From contig NC_091285.1 in the NCBI RefSeq assembly GCF_032444005.1, positions 623,100,001 to 623,164,000 on the forward strand: DNA of 64,000 nucleotides. Reading direction: 5' to 3'. Every line of letters begins with the position of its first letter. Position 1 is the stretch's first letter. Below the pieces are notes generated by a model that saw only the letters and a program-made list of their open reading frames with translations, was not told the DNA's origin and searched no databases. A program made the position numbers and the translations under genes. This stretch comes from Ranitomeya imitator (Eukaryota). Shown here piece by piece: positions 11,087 through 22,803 of this stretch.

Positions 11087-12698
11087 CAGGTCCTTCTCAA
11101 AAAATTAGCATATAGTGTTAAATTTCATTATTTACCATAATGTAATGATTACAATTAAACTTTCATATATTATAGATTCATTATCCACCAACTGAAATTT
11201 GTCAGGTCTTTTATTGTTTTAATACTGATGATTTTGGCATACAACTCCTGATAACCCAAAAAACCTGTCTCAATAAATTAGCATATTTCACCCATCCAAT
11301 CAAATAAAAGTGTTTTTTAATAACAAACAAAAAAAACATCAAATAATAATGTTCAGTTATGCACTCAATACTTGGTCGGGAATCCTTTGGCAGAAATGAC
11401 TGCTTCAATGCGGCGTGGCATGGAGGCAATCAGCCTGTGACACTGCTGAGATGTTATGGAGGCCCAGGATGCTTCAATAGCGGCCTTAAGCTCATCCAGA
11501 GTGTTGGGTCTTGCGTCTCTCAACTTCCTCTTCACAATATCCCACAGATTCTCTATGGGGTTCAGGTCAGGAGAGTTGGCAGGCCAATTGAGCACAGTAA
11601 TACCATGGTCAGTAAACCATTTACCAGTGGTTTTGGCACTGTGAGCAGGTGCCAGGTCGTGCTGAAAAATGAAATCTTCATCTCCATAAAGCATTTCAGC
11701 CGATGGAAGCATGAAGTGCTCCAAAATCTCCTGATAGCTAGCTGCATTGACCCTGCCCTTGATGAAACACAGTGGACCAACACCAGCAGCTGACATGGCA
11801 CCCCACACCATCACTGACTGTGGGTACTTGACACTGGACTTCAGGCATTTTGACATTTCCTTCTCCCCAGTCTTCCTCCAGACTCTGGCACCTTGATTTC
11901 CGAATGACATGCAAAATTTGCTTTCATCAGAAAAAAGTACTTGGGACCACTTAGCAACAGTCCAGTGCTGCTTCTCTGTAGCCCAGGTCAGGCGCCTCTG
12001 CCGCTGTTTATGGTTCAAAAGTGGCTTTACCTGGGGAATGTGGCACCTGTAGCCCATTTCCTGCACACGCCTGTGCACGGTGGCTCTGGATGTTTCCACA
12101 CCAGACTCAGTCCACTGCTTCCTCAGGTTCCCCAAGGTCTGGAATCGGTCCTTCTCCACAATCTTCCTCAGGGTCCGGTCTCCTCTTCTCGTTGTACAGC
12201 GTTTTCTGCCACATTGTTTCCTTCCAACAGACTTACCATTGAGGTGCCTTGATACAGCACTCTGCGAACAGCCTATTTGTTGAGAAATTTCTTTCTGGGT
12301 CTTACCCTCTTGCTTGAGGGTGTCAGTGATGGCCTTCTTGACATCTGTCAGGTCGCTAGTCTTACCCATGATGGAGGTTTTGAGTAATGAACCAGGCAGG
12401 GAGTTTATAAAAGCCTCAGGTATCTTTTGCATGTGTTTAGAGTTAATTAGTTGATTCAGAAGATTAGGGTAATAGGTCGTTTAGAGAACCTTTTCTTGAT
12501 ATGCTAATTTATTGAGACAGGTTTTTTGGGTTATCAGGAGTTGTATGCCAAAATCATCAGTATTAAAACAATAAAAGACCTGACAAATTTCAGTTGGTGG
12601 ATAATGAATCTATAATATATGAAAGTTTAATTGTAATCATTACATTATGGTAAATAATGAAATTTAACACTATATGCTAATTTTTTGAGAAGGACCTG
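11087..12698 (-). mobile_element. Intact Tc1-family transposon of IR/DR type
   Basis: TA flanks at 11085-86 and 12699-700; 200-bp inverted repeats (11087-11286, 12499-12698) identical by my read; internal DR CTCAA(A/T)AAATTAGCATAT. Confidence 0.96.
11365..12369 (-). CDS. Tc1 DD34E transposase, 334 aa from MGKTSDL
   Basis: Paired-like HTH N-terminus, GRK motif, FSDESKF, QHDLAPAH, SPDLNPIE with exactly 34 residues between the second D and E; no disabling lesion seen. Confidence 0.95.
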   Translation of the reverse strand: MGKTSDLTDVKKAITDTLKQEGKTQKEISQQIGCSQSAVSRHLNGKSVGRKQCGRKRCTTRRGDRTLRKIVEKDRFQTLGNLRKQWTESGVETSRATVHRRVQEMGYRCHIPQVKPLLNHKQRQRRLTWATEKQHWTVAKWSQVLFSDESKFCMSFGNQGARVWRKTGEKEMSKCLKSSVKYPQSVMVWGAMSAAGVGPLCFIKGRVNAASYQEILEHFMLPSAEMLYGDEDFIFQHDLAPAHSAKTTGKWFTDHGITVLNWPANSPDLNPIENLWDIVKRKLRDARPNTLDELKAAIEASWASITSQQCHRLIASMPRRIEAVISAKGFPTKY

Positions 12699-12700
12699 TA

Positions 12701-14266
12701 CAGTCATGGCCAAAATTTTTGAGAATGACACCAAAATTATATTTTCACATGATCTGCTGCTCTCTGGTTTTTTTTTGTGTTTGTCTGATGTTTATATAAC
12801 ATACAGAAATATAATTGCAATCATATTATGAGTACCAATAGGTTATATTGACAGTTAGAATGAGTTAATGCAGCAAGTCAATATTTGCAGTGTTGACCCT
12901 TCTTCTTTAAGACCTCTGCAATTCTCCCTGGCATGCTCTCAATCAACTTCTGGACCAAATCCTGACTGATAGCAGTCCATTCTTGCATAATCAATGCTTG
13001 CATTTTGCCAGAATTTGTTGGTTTTTGTTTGTCCACCCGTCTCTTGATGATTGACCACAAGTTCTCAATGGGATTAAGATCTGGGGAGTTTCCAGGCCAT
13101 GGACCCAAAATCTCTATGTTTTGTTCCATGAGCCATTTAGTTATCACCTTTGCTTTATGGCAAGGTGCTCCATCATGCTGGAAAAGGCATTGTTGGGCGC
13201 CAAACTGCTCTTGGACGGTTAGGAGAAGTTGCTCTTGGAGGACATTCTGGTACCATTCTTTATTCATGGCGGTGTTTTTTAGGCTAGACTGTGAGTGAGC
13301 CGATTCCCTTGGCTGAGAAGCAACCCCACACATGAATGGTTTCAGGATGCTTTACAGTTGGCATGAGACAAGACTGGTGGTATCGCTCACCTCTTCTTCT
13401 CCGAATAAGCTGTTTTCCAGATGTCCCAAACAATCGAAAAGGGGATTCATCAGAGAAAATGACTTTGCACCAGTCCTCAGCAGTCCACTCCCTGTACCTT
13501 TTGCAGAATATCAGTCGGTCCCTGATGTTTTTTCTGGAGAGAAGTGGCTTCTTTGCTGCCCTCCTTGAAACCAGGCCTTGCTCAAAGAGTCTCAGCCTCA
13601 CAGTGCGTGCAGAAGCACTCACACCAGCCTGCTGCCATTCCTGAGCAAGCTCGGCACTGCTGGTAGTCCGATCCCGCAGCTGAAACAGTTTTAAGATACG
13701 GTCCTGGCGCTTGCTGGTCTTTCTTGGGCGCCCTGGAGCCATTTTGACAATGGAAGCTCTCTCCTTGAAGTTCTTGATGATGCGATAGATTGTTAACTGA
13801 GGTGCAATCTTTGTAGCTGCGATACTCTTCCCTGTTAGGCCATTTTTGTGCAGTGCAATGATGGCTGCACATGTTTCTTAAGAGATAACCATGGTTAACT
13901 GAAGAGAAACAATGATACCAAGCACCAGCCTCCTTTTAAAGTGTCCAGTGATGTCATTCTTACTTAATCATGACTGATTGATCGCCAGCCCTGTCCTCAT
14001 CAACACCCACACCTGTGTTAATGGATCAATCACTAAAACGATGTTAGCTGCTCCTTTTAAGGCAGGACTGCAATGATGTTGAAATGTGTTTTGGGGGTTA
14101 AAGTTCATTTTCTGGGCAAATATTGACTTTGCAAGTACAGTAATTGCTGTTAAGCTGATCACTCTGACATTCAGGAGTATATGCAAATTGCCATTAGAAA
14201 AAATGAAGCAGTAGACTTTGGAAAAATTAATATTTGTCTCATTCTCAAAAATTTTGTCCATGACTG
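12701..14266 (-). mobile_element. Tc1/mariner element with DD35E triad (Traveler-like), decayed
   Basis: 28-bp TIR CAGTCATGG(C/A)CAAAATTTTTGAGAATGA; TA flanks at 12699-700 and 14267-68. Confidence 0.92.
12878..13892 (-). pseudogene. DD35E transposase pseudogene
   Basis: ATG at 13892; frameshifts near 13750 and 13290; FSDESPF, QHDGAPCH...(35 aa)...SPDLNPIE. Confidence 0.88.
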
Positions 14267-14269
14267 TAC

Positions 14270-14480
14270 AATGCTCTGCACCGTTCATTATTGCCCCATA
14301 GCTGTGCCATATAGTGCTCTGCACCGTTCATTATTGCCCCATAGCTGTGCCATATAGTGCTCTGCACCATTCATTATTGCCCCATAGCTGTGCCATATAG
14401 TGCTCTGCACCGTTCATTCTTGCCCCATAGCTGTGCCATATAGTGCTCTGCACCGTTCATTATTGCCCCATTGATGTACC
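14270..14480. repeat. 43-bp minisatellite inside the Tc2-like MITE
   Basis: Unit GTGCTCTGCACCGTTCATTATTGCCCCATAGCTGTGCCATATA, about 4.5 copies. Confidence 0.9.
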
Positions 14481-16519
14481 ATAGAAAGCTGTGCCATTGC
14501 TGCTGCTGCTGCTGCTGCAATAATAAAAAAAAACACATACTCACCTTTCTTGCTTGCAGCTCCCAGCGTCCGGTCCCAGCGTCTCTCCGCACTGACTGAT
14601 CAGGCAGAGGGCGGCGCGCACACTATATGCATCATCGCGCCCTCTTACCTGCACAGTCAGAGCGGAGAGACGCCGGGAAGATGGAGCGGCGCCGGGAAGA
14701 TGGAGCGACGCCCGGCGTGTGGAACGGGGATAGGTAAATATGACATACTTACCTGCTCCCGGCGTCCAGCTCCTTCTCCCGGACAGCTGGTCTTCGGTGC
14801 CGCAGCCTTTTCCTCTATCAGCGGTCACCGTTACCGCTGATTAGAGAAATGAATATGCGGCTCCACCCCTATGGGAGTGGAGTCCGTATTCATTTTTCTA
14901 ATGAGCGGTCCCACGTGACCGCTGAAGAGGGGAAGAGCTGCAGCACCCGAAGACTGTGGGACGGCAGGGGGAGCGTCAGGAGCGCCGGGACTAGGTAAGT
15001 ATGCCTCAGCGCCCTCTCCCCCTCACCCGCCGACCCCACCGCCGACCGTGACTCGAGTATAAGCTGAGAGGGGCACTTTCAGCCCAAAAATTTGGGCTGA
15101 AAATCTCGGCTTATACTCGAGTATATACGGTATCTTTGTCAAATAAAGTTTTTTCATCCACTGAAACAGTACTGTGTGTGTTGTGTTTCCTTAATGCCCA
15201 TATGTTTATGTTTAGAGAATATGTGTGTAATGTTATAATGATTGGTCCACAAGCATCAATTGGCTTTTGTAAAAAATTTTAGTAACAACCAAAGCCTTTT
15301 TTTTATACCATATTTTTTTCATATGCATTTTTTTTTTTTGGTTTTGGTTCTTCAAACAAGTAACCACAACAAGTGGAACTAGTGCCCAAACAAAGATAAA
15401 ACATGGTAGGCAGATCACAAAACTAAAGAATATAAAGCAAAAAATCAAACACATCACAGATCCCTGTAAGTTGGCGGGGGAGATGGCGGCAGCTCAGGGT
15501 CCTGGTCAGGGGGCCTTTGTTGGGCCAATTGTCCTTCACCCTGTGAGGATACTGTGGCTTATGGCACAGAATACTGGCCTTGTCCATATTGGCCAGTTGT
15601 GTGTTGTCCATAAGCTAATTGTCTCTGGCCCTCATGTTGACGGACATATTGGCTCGCATCATACCCAACCCCAAAATGGCCATGTTGTCAAACCCATGTT
15701 GGGACCAGCCTACATCACTGGGTCTGGAAAAGTGGCCATATTGGGAATGTGGGTTGTAGGCTGACATTTGAAACAGTGCTGGCCTTTGTAGATTTTGGGG
15801 GGGAGAGGTTGAGGTGGAGGCATACGTGGAGTAGGTGCTGCAAATCCTGATTGATCCTGCTCCTGTTGAGGGAATTGAAGGCGCAAGAGGTTTGTTTGGG
15901 AAAGCTGCCTTCGCTCCAGATATTCAAACACCTCATAGGGGTTATTTGGAGGGGTGCGTAAATCAATCAGGATTTGCATACACCCTCTCACACGTAGTCT
16001 CACCTCACGGGGAAGGGGTCTAAGGTAACGGGCAAGGCTGCGGGCAAAGGCCTCCTCTCCACCATCCGTGGCTGCCCTGGCCAAATAATTGAGGACCCCA
16101 GCGTCAACATCACTTCTTGTGGCTTGCAGCTCTCTCCTTCGGCGGCCTCTCCGTAAAGGCCCAGCTGCCTGTGGGGATGACACCAGTGGGCCTGTAGGGC
16201 TGCTGCTCTGGCCATGTTCCTCATGCCTTCCATCATCATGTGCTGCTGAGGGTGGTGGTGCTGCATCTTCCTCACTTGCTGCTGCCTGCAGTGATGATGA
16301 TGCTGATGGCTCCTCAAGGATGAACGTGGAAGAATCTAAAGATGGGCCTGCCACCTCTTCATCCACACTTATAGGATCGATCACAGCCTCCGATTCAGAC
16401 CCGGTCTCCCTCTCTGTGAGGTTGGACTGTGTTCTGATATTAAACAAAAAATAAATGAAAAAAGATTTAAAAGGTTATTTCTTTGTGGCCATTCTTTTAT
16501 TACACATCTGTGAGCTATA

Positions 16520-17580
16520 ATCACAAAAATTACCTACACACGACCTCAGATCAGCACAAGATCTCCTTCTGTACTCCCTCTCTTATCTCTTTTTCCCACA
16601 ATCATCTACAAGATTTATCTTGTGTTTCACCCCTACTGTGAAAACCACTATCACAACACATCATAAGGCCCCTTCACATTAAGCGACGCTGCAGCGATAC
16701 CGACAACGATCCGGATCGCTGCAGCGTCGCTGTTTGGTCGCTGGAGAGCTGTCACACAGACCGCTCTCCAGCGACCAACTATGTCGGTAACCAGGGTAAA
16801 CATCGGGTAACTAAGCGCAGGGCCGCGCTTAGTAACCCGATGTTTACCCTGGATACCATGCTAAAGGTTAAAAAAACAAACACTAGATACTTACCTACCG
16901 CTGTCTGTCCTCCAGCGCTGCGCTCTGCTTCTCTGCTCTCCTCCTGTACTGTCTGTGAGCCGGAAAGCAGAGCGGTGACGTCACCGCTCTGCTTTCCGGC
17001 TCACAGACAGTACAGGAGGAGTGCAGAGCGCAGCGCTGGAGGACAGACAGCGGTAGGTAAGTATGTAGTGTTTGTTTTTTTTAACTTTTAGCATGGTATC
17101 CAGGGTAAACATCGGGTTACTAAGCGCGGCCCTGCGCTTAGTTACCCGATGTTTACCCTGGTTACCAGTGAAGACATCGCTGGATCGGTGTCACACACGC
17201 CGATCCAGCGATGTCTCCAGGGAGTCCAGCGACGAAATAAAGTTCTGGACTTTGTTCAGCGACCAACGATCTCCCAGCAGGGGCCTGATCGTTGGTCGCT
17301 GTCACACAGAACGATTTCATTAACGATATCGTTGCTACATCACAAATAGCAACGATATCGTTAACAATATCGTTATGTGTGAAGGTACCTATACTGTCCT
17401 ATTCCATTTCAAGCTACACAAACAGCATGAAGACCCACCTCTTCAAACAATCAGATAACCTGCAGTAACCACCCATCGAACAAAACACTGCATGAACATC
17501 TCTAACCTCGCCTACTAGATTCTCACCCATCCCTTGTTGTAGCTTGTGATGCTTTGCGGACAGGGTCCTCTCTCCTCCAG
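16520..17580 (+). mobile_element. Degraded L2-type LINE 3' fragment in the MADF gene intron, split by a MITE
   Basis: L2-like 3' phrases CCCACAATCATCTACAAGATTT, GAAGACCCACCTCTTC and ACAGGGTCCTCTCTCC recognised by eye only. Confidence 0.45.
16667..17389. mobile_element. Palindromic Harbinger-type MITE
   Basis: Termini GGCCCCTTCACAT / ATGTGTGAAGGTACC; flanks TAA/TAT; long internal palindrome centred at 16979/16980. Confidence 0.75.
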
Positions 17581-19000
17581 GACCCTTTTGTTTTTGTTGT
17601 AAACATTATTGTTTGCACTAGATTTACACATCCTTACATGTAATTCGCAATGTACTAACCCTAACAAATAATCTAAATAAGATTTTTTTTTAAGGAAAAA
17701 TGTGTTGTGGGGCCTAAGATCCATACTGACATCCAAAAATGAAAGACAGTCAAAATAGATATATTTCTTCTTCTTGAGTGGGGCTGCTGAACCACTTCTT
17801 GCCCGCTGCTGCCTTTCCCACCGGTACTGGTCCCGGATGCTGCGCCATCGTGTCATTACATCATCCACTGCAATCACATGTTCAGAAATATTGTTCAAGC
17901 TCATTCTGCACATAGCTTATTACAGTTGTCAGTGATATATTCTTCTTATTCTTATTGTTTATTTTTCTTGCACCATTATTTCCATGGTGCTGTAGATGAT
18001 AAAGGGGTTACATGCAGAGGTCTATTTATCGGTCACAGTAAAAAACTTTACAGTCGCAGACTGGTACAGAGGGGAGAGAACCCTGTCCTTGCAAACATAC
18101 ATTAGCTAATATTTGGCAGAGGAAAATAAAATGCCTTGTTAAATAATTAGCCTAAAGTTTACATTTATGTAAAAACATACCAGGGTCAACACCCCTCTGG
18201 ACGAGGTAGGAGTTCAAAAAACGACTTATGAGCGCAACATCAAGATTACCTATGTACATAAACACTTTATCATGTTAATCAGCTTTTTGAATTGCCAAAA
18301 ATACCCACAAATGACATAGAAAGATAAAAATGATTCTTCCTGTTATCATGTAGGGAAAGCATCTTGAAAAGTAAATTATTGTGAATACATGAGTGTACTT
18401 ACAAAGTCTTGTCTGCTCCACACTTGGCCGTTGGGCATAATCTGGGAATAGGATCCCACAGATGGTCCTCCAAGCTGCCTCTTTCCTGGGCCGGTTTGAA
18501 TAGTTTGGATCCCGCTGGTCCCATATTTCTGACCTTTCTTGGACCAGTATGAGGAGCATATCCACATTTATTATGCTGGCCATGATGCTTGCAACTCCGT
18601 GGAGGCGAGTGCCAGACTTCCGAGATGTCTGTGTAGCTTTTTGAGCTAATTAGCATGTCTGAGCTTCCTGATTGAGGGCTTGACACAATTCCTTGCATCT
18701 GGCGATGTCTGGAGATGTCTGGCGTATCCATGGTCCATGTGTAATCCGTATTTTTCTGGCCCCCATAGACTTTCATTGGCGTATTTTTTGCGCAATACGG
18801 TGACAAACGCAGCATGCTGCGATTTTCTACGGCCATATAAGACCGTATAATACGGATCAGTAAAATACGGCTGATAGGAGCTTGGCCATAGAGAAGCATT
18901 GTACCGTATGTAATCCGTATTTTCGGCACCTCTCTTACGTCCGTAAAACACGCTAGTGTGAGGCCGGCCTAAGGCAAATCTTACTGATGAATTCCCTTTA

Positions 19001-20651
19001 GGGCTCATACAATTCAGCATAAATACAATTGGTCTGAAGTTGTTCCTGAAAGGTAGGACAAGTTTTACTTGTTATTAACAATGGGGTACCCCAAAAAAAT
19101 GATGCGGGATCCCTCCTAATTTTGGGTTCCCCCCTAATTTTAATAACCAGGAAAGGCTAATCAGACAGCTGTGGGCTGATATTAATAGGCTGGATAGGGG
19201 CCATGGATATTGACCCTCTCCCAGACTAAGAACATCAGCCCTCAGCTTCCCCAGAAATGGCGCATCCTTTAGATGCGCCAATTCTGGCGCTTAGCCTCAG
19301 CTCTTCCCACTTGCCATGGTGCTTTGGCAAGTGTGGTAATGGTTTTGGGGTTGATGTCAGCTGTTATATGCTTGCTAACATCAAGCCCAGGGGGTAGTAA
19401 TGGAGAGGCATCAATAATACACCCCATTACTATCCTCGCAAGTTTAAGTTAAACAAAAAAACAGACACAGCACAAAATTCTTCATCTGAACAAAACACTC
19501 CCCGACCCTCTTTTACCCATTTATTAAGATCCAAATAAAAATGTTAAAAAAACAAAGTAATCCTCACCTGTCCGCAGAAAATAATCCATTCAGCTGATGT
19601 CCCACAACAATCCCAAGCTCTGCTACATCCAGATGGTGTGTTGACTGGTTGCATAGGCATGTGACCCCTTAGTCGGAACTCACTGACAGTAGCGTGAGGA
19701 CGCGCCTGCACTGACAAACAGTGACATCAATAAGGTGACCAGAGTTCATCGTCGATGAACTGCGGTAACCTTACTGACATCAGCATTCGTAGCATGAGAA
19801 CTAACTTATGGGATTAGTAATGAGGGTGTCTTATTGACGCCTCTCTATTACTGATACCTGGGCTTGATAGTGGAAAACATAAAACAGCTGACATCATTCT
19901 AAAATGCGCGCCATTTCTGGGGCGGCTGAGGGCTGATGTTATTAGTCTGGGAGGGGTCCAATATTTATGGCCACTACCCAGCCTATTAATATCGTCCCGC
20001 AGCTGTCTGTTTAGCCTTTGGTGGTTATTAAAATTAGGAGGGACTCCATGTAATTTTTTTGGGAGGTTACCACCTTTTTATTAACCAGTAAAGGCCTTTG
20101 CAGACATCTGTGAGCTGATCCATGGATAGTGCCTCTTCCCAGAATAATAACAGCAGCCCTCAGCTGTTTGCTTTCCCTCACCTGGTTACGAAAAATGAGG
20201 GGGATCCCCATGCCATTTTTTTATTTTTTTTATTTATTTTTTAGCTAAATACATGAACAGTAATCTACACACACACTGCACTAATTAGATATTTCGATGA
20301 CCTATTTCTGTCTATTTTATGCCTAAATCTAGTCTATTTTATTCTGATGGTTCACATTGTGAATTTACTGTACTTGGCTGATGAAATGACTGGTTTCCTA
20401 TGAGAAGGATGTGTAAAATTGGACTTTTGTTTGTAACTTTTTTTCTTGCACCCATTCACTTGCATTGGCGAGTCTCAGCCCAAATACGCAGCCACTCACA
20501 GCATGCTATGATTTTTTCTCAGTCTCATCCGAGCTAACAAAAAAATTGCAGATAGATGAACACATAATGATTCAATAATATTAGTCAGAGTGCAATCCGA
20601 TTTATTATTGGATTGCACTCGTCCGTTTTAAAGGCAGATGAGTAGGAGCCC
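19001..20651. mobile_element. Older Harbinger-type MITE with a decayed internal palindrome
   Basis: TTA|GGGCTCATAC ... GTAGGAGCCC|TTA; inverted homology between about 19150-19450 and about 19820-20040. Confidence 0.55.
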
Positions 20652-20844
20652 TTAAACCGCTGACTATGCAGAGTGCAGCAGGCAAATCATAACTTGCTGC
20701 TGCACTCTGGCTTTAGACACTGAACACTCTGAGCTGAGCTTTGTCAGTTCAAGTGCTGACTCTGCAGACTGCAGCAGACGAGCTGATTTCATCACTGGCT
20801 ACTGCATTCTGTACATTGACGTTGAATATGCAGAGTGTAGTAGC

Positions 20845-21535
20845 TATAACAGACTGGGTGGTGGAACCACTGTGTTGTGTAATACAGGAGAGCCTGGAGG
20901 GGAGCGACTAGGTGGCTCACCAAGTCTCACCTCGAGTGCACGGTGGCTGACAATATCGCAATCCAAGGAGGGATGAAGAAGGCGGAATCAGGTGCTACTC
21001 AAGGACTGACCTCAGGTGGGTGGCAACTGACCTCCAAGGGACAGGAGGCAGGAATGACCAGGATTGACAGACTTGCCAAGTACAGGCTGGCAAGGCTGAT
21101 ATAGTGACTGACACTACAGATACACCGGCAGGCAGGTACTGGTGGGCAAGACTGGTATATTGGCAGACAGGTGCAGGTGGGCATGGCTGATACACAGGCA
21201 GGCAGACTCAGCTGATAGACAGGCAGGTATACCAGGATACGAGTACTGGGACATGACAACTAGGAAGCGTGTTGTTTAGAAACAAACAACATTGCGCAGG
21301 CACCTTCCATCAGTTGGAGGTGCCTTAAATAATAAGTGTCTAGGGACACTTTAGGATGGTGCACTGTCTCTTTAAGAAGGCGGGACAGCACTCCCTAAGC
21401 ACAGTGCCTGGGGATCGGGGAGCCATGCGCAGACACCGGACAGCAGCAGCAGGAGAAGAAAGAGGGAGTACAGGGCCACGGTAGTGAGTGAGTCAGCAGG
21501 GGAGATGGACAGCGTGCAGGCACGCTGACGCTACA
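20845..21535. mobile_element. Solo LTR, probably Gypsy
   Basis: 5-bp TSD GTAGC at 20840-44 and 21536-40; termini TA(TG)...CA; sits inside a decayed inverted-repeat host. Confidence 0.55.
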
Positions 21536-22803
21536 GTAGCTAGTGAAAAAAACAGAAGTTGAACAGACCAAGCCGAGCTCAGAGTGTTCATTCTGCAGCG
21601 CAGGAGTGTATCAGCCATTGATGATTTGACTAATGCTCTCTGATACATACTAATCAAGAACATGATGTAATGAAAATAATAAAAAAAAGTTCAGAGACAA
21701 CACAGTACATGGATAATAACCATACTAAAGGCTTAGGAAACAGTTATTGCACAGTGATGTAATTAAATAATAAGCACAGTCATTGGCGTAACTTGAAACT
21801 CATGGGCCCCGATGCGAAAGCTCCAATGGGGCCACCAAATATTTTAAATCGTTAATAGCAATAGTCTTTTTTTTATAGGCCAAAGGGACTTTTAGGGCAC
21901 CCTAGGCTCCAGGGCAAGGGTGCGATAGCACATCCTGCACCTGTTGTAGTTACACCCTTTGAGCACAGTATTCTCACAGCTAGTGGCTATAGACCACAGT
22001 AATCTCACAGCTAAGGGTTAAGGACCACAGTTGTTGTGAATTCTGTTGTCGGGCTCCCTCCTGTGGTCATGAATGGTACTTTGGCTGGTTCTGTCCATGG
22101 ACTTCCTCTGGTGGGTGTTTCTGAGTTTCCTTCCACAGGTGACGAGGTTAATTCGTTAGCTGGCTGCTCTATTTAACTCCACTTAGATCTTTGCTCCATG
22201 CCACCTGTCAATGTTCCAGTATTGCGGAGGGTCTTTTTGCGCCCTCTGCGTGGTCTTTTTATAGGTTTTTGTGCTGACCGCAAAGCAACCTTTCCTATCC
22301 TCAGTCTGTTCAGTAAGTCGGGCCTCACTTTGCTAAATCTATTTCATCTCTGTGTTTGTATATTCATCTTTACTCACAGTCATTATATGTGGGGGGCTGC
22401 CTTTTCCTTTGGGGAATTTCTCTGAGGCAAGGTAGGCTTTATTTTTCTATCTTCAGGGCTAGATAGTTCCTTAGGCTGTGCCGAGTTACATAGGGAGCGT
22501 TAGGAGCAATCCACGGCTATTTCTACTGTGTTTGATAGGATTAGAGATTGCGGTCAGCAGAGTTCCCACGTCCCAGAGCTCGTACTTTATTATCAGTAAC
22601 TATCAGGTCTTTCCGTGTGCTCTTAACCACCAGGTCCATTATTGTCCTGACCACCAGGTCATAACAGTACAGGTGGCCCAAAATACTAATGCATCTCAAT
22701 AGAGGGATAAGAGAAGTTCTGAGACCATTTTTTTTTTCTTTGCACTGTGTTTTGTCTCTCTTTTCCCCTTTACCTCTGGGTGGTTCAGGACACAGGTGTA
22801 AAC

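Larger units (their letters stand above)
9772..15130. mobile_element. Tc2/pogo-like non-autonomous element (TIR CCGTATATACTCGAGTATAAGCCGA), host of two Tc1 elements
   Basis: TA at 9770-9771 and 15131-15132; left TIR intact at 10801 after a hAT MITE inserted into its tip; same family as 38754-40512. Confidence 0.8.
15454..18583 (-). pseudogene. Harbinger second gene: MADF/Myb-SANT DNA-binding protein with BESS-like motif, three exons
   Basis: Exon 1 18583-18403 (LILVQERSEIWD...KEAAWRTI); exon 2 17867 to about 17711 (DDVMTRWRSIRDQY...YIYFDCLSFL); exon 3 from 16433 (TQSNL...EEAFARSLARYLRPL); phases compatible; the exon-2 donor is not recognisable and the C-terminus appears frameshifted. Confidence 0.8.
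3706..18969. mobile_element. PIF/Harbinger DNA transposon with two convergent genes, heavily nested into
   Basis: TIRs GGCCGGCCTCACACT(C)AGCGT at 3706 and the reverse complement ending 18969; flanks TGA/TAA (imperfect 3-bp TSD); contains a DDE nuclease gene (+) and a MADF gene (-). Confidence 0.85.

Noticed and set aside
15454-18583. MADF gene as a host (domesticated) gene
   Set aside because: It is enclosed by Harbinger TIRs, paired with a transposase, and appears to have a damaged splice donor and a frameshifted C-terminus.
21781-21960. Short CA(T)TGGCGTAACT-type hAT MITE
   Set aside because: The right TIR is degenerate and no TSD was recovered, so it is not listed as a feature.
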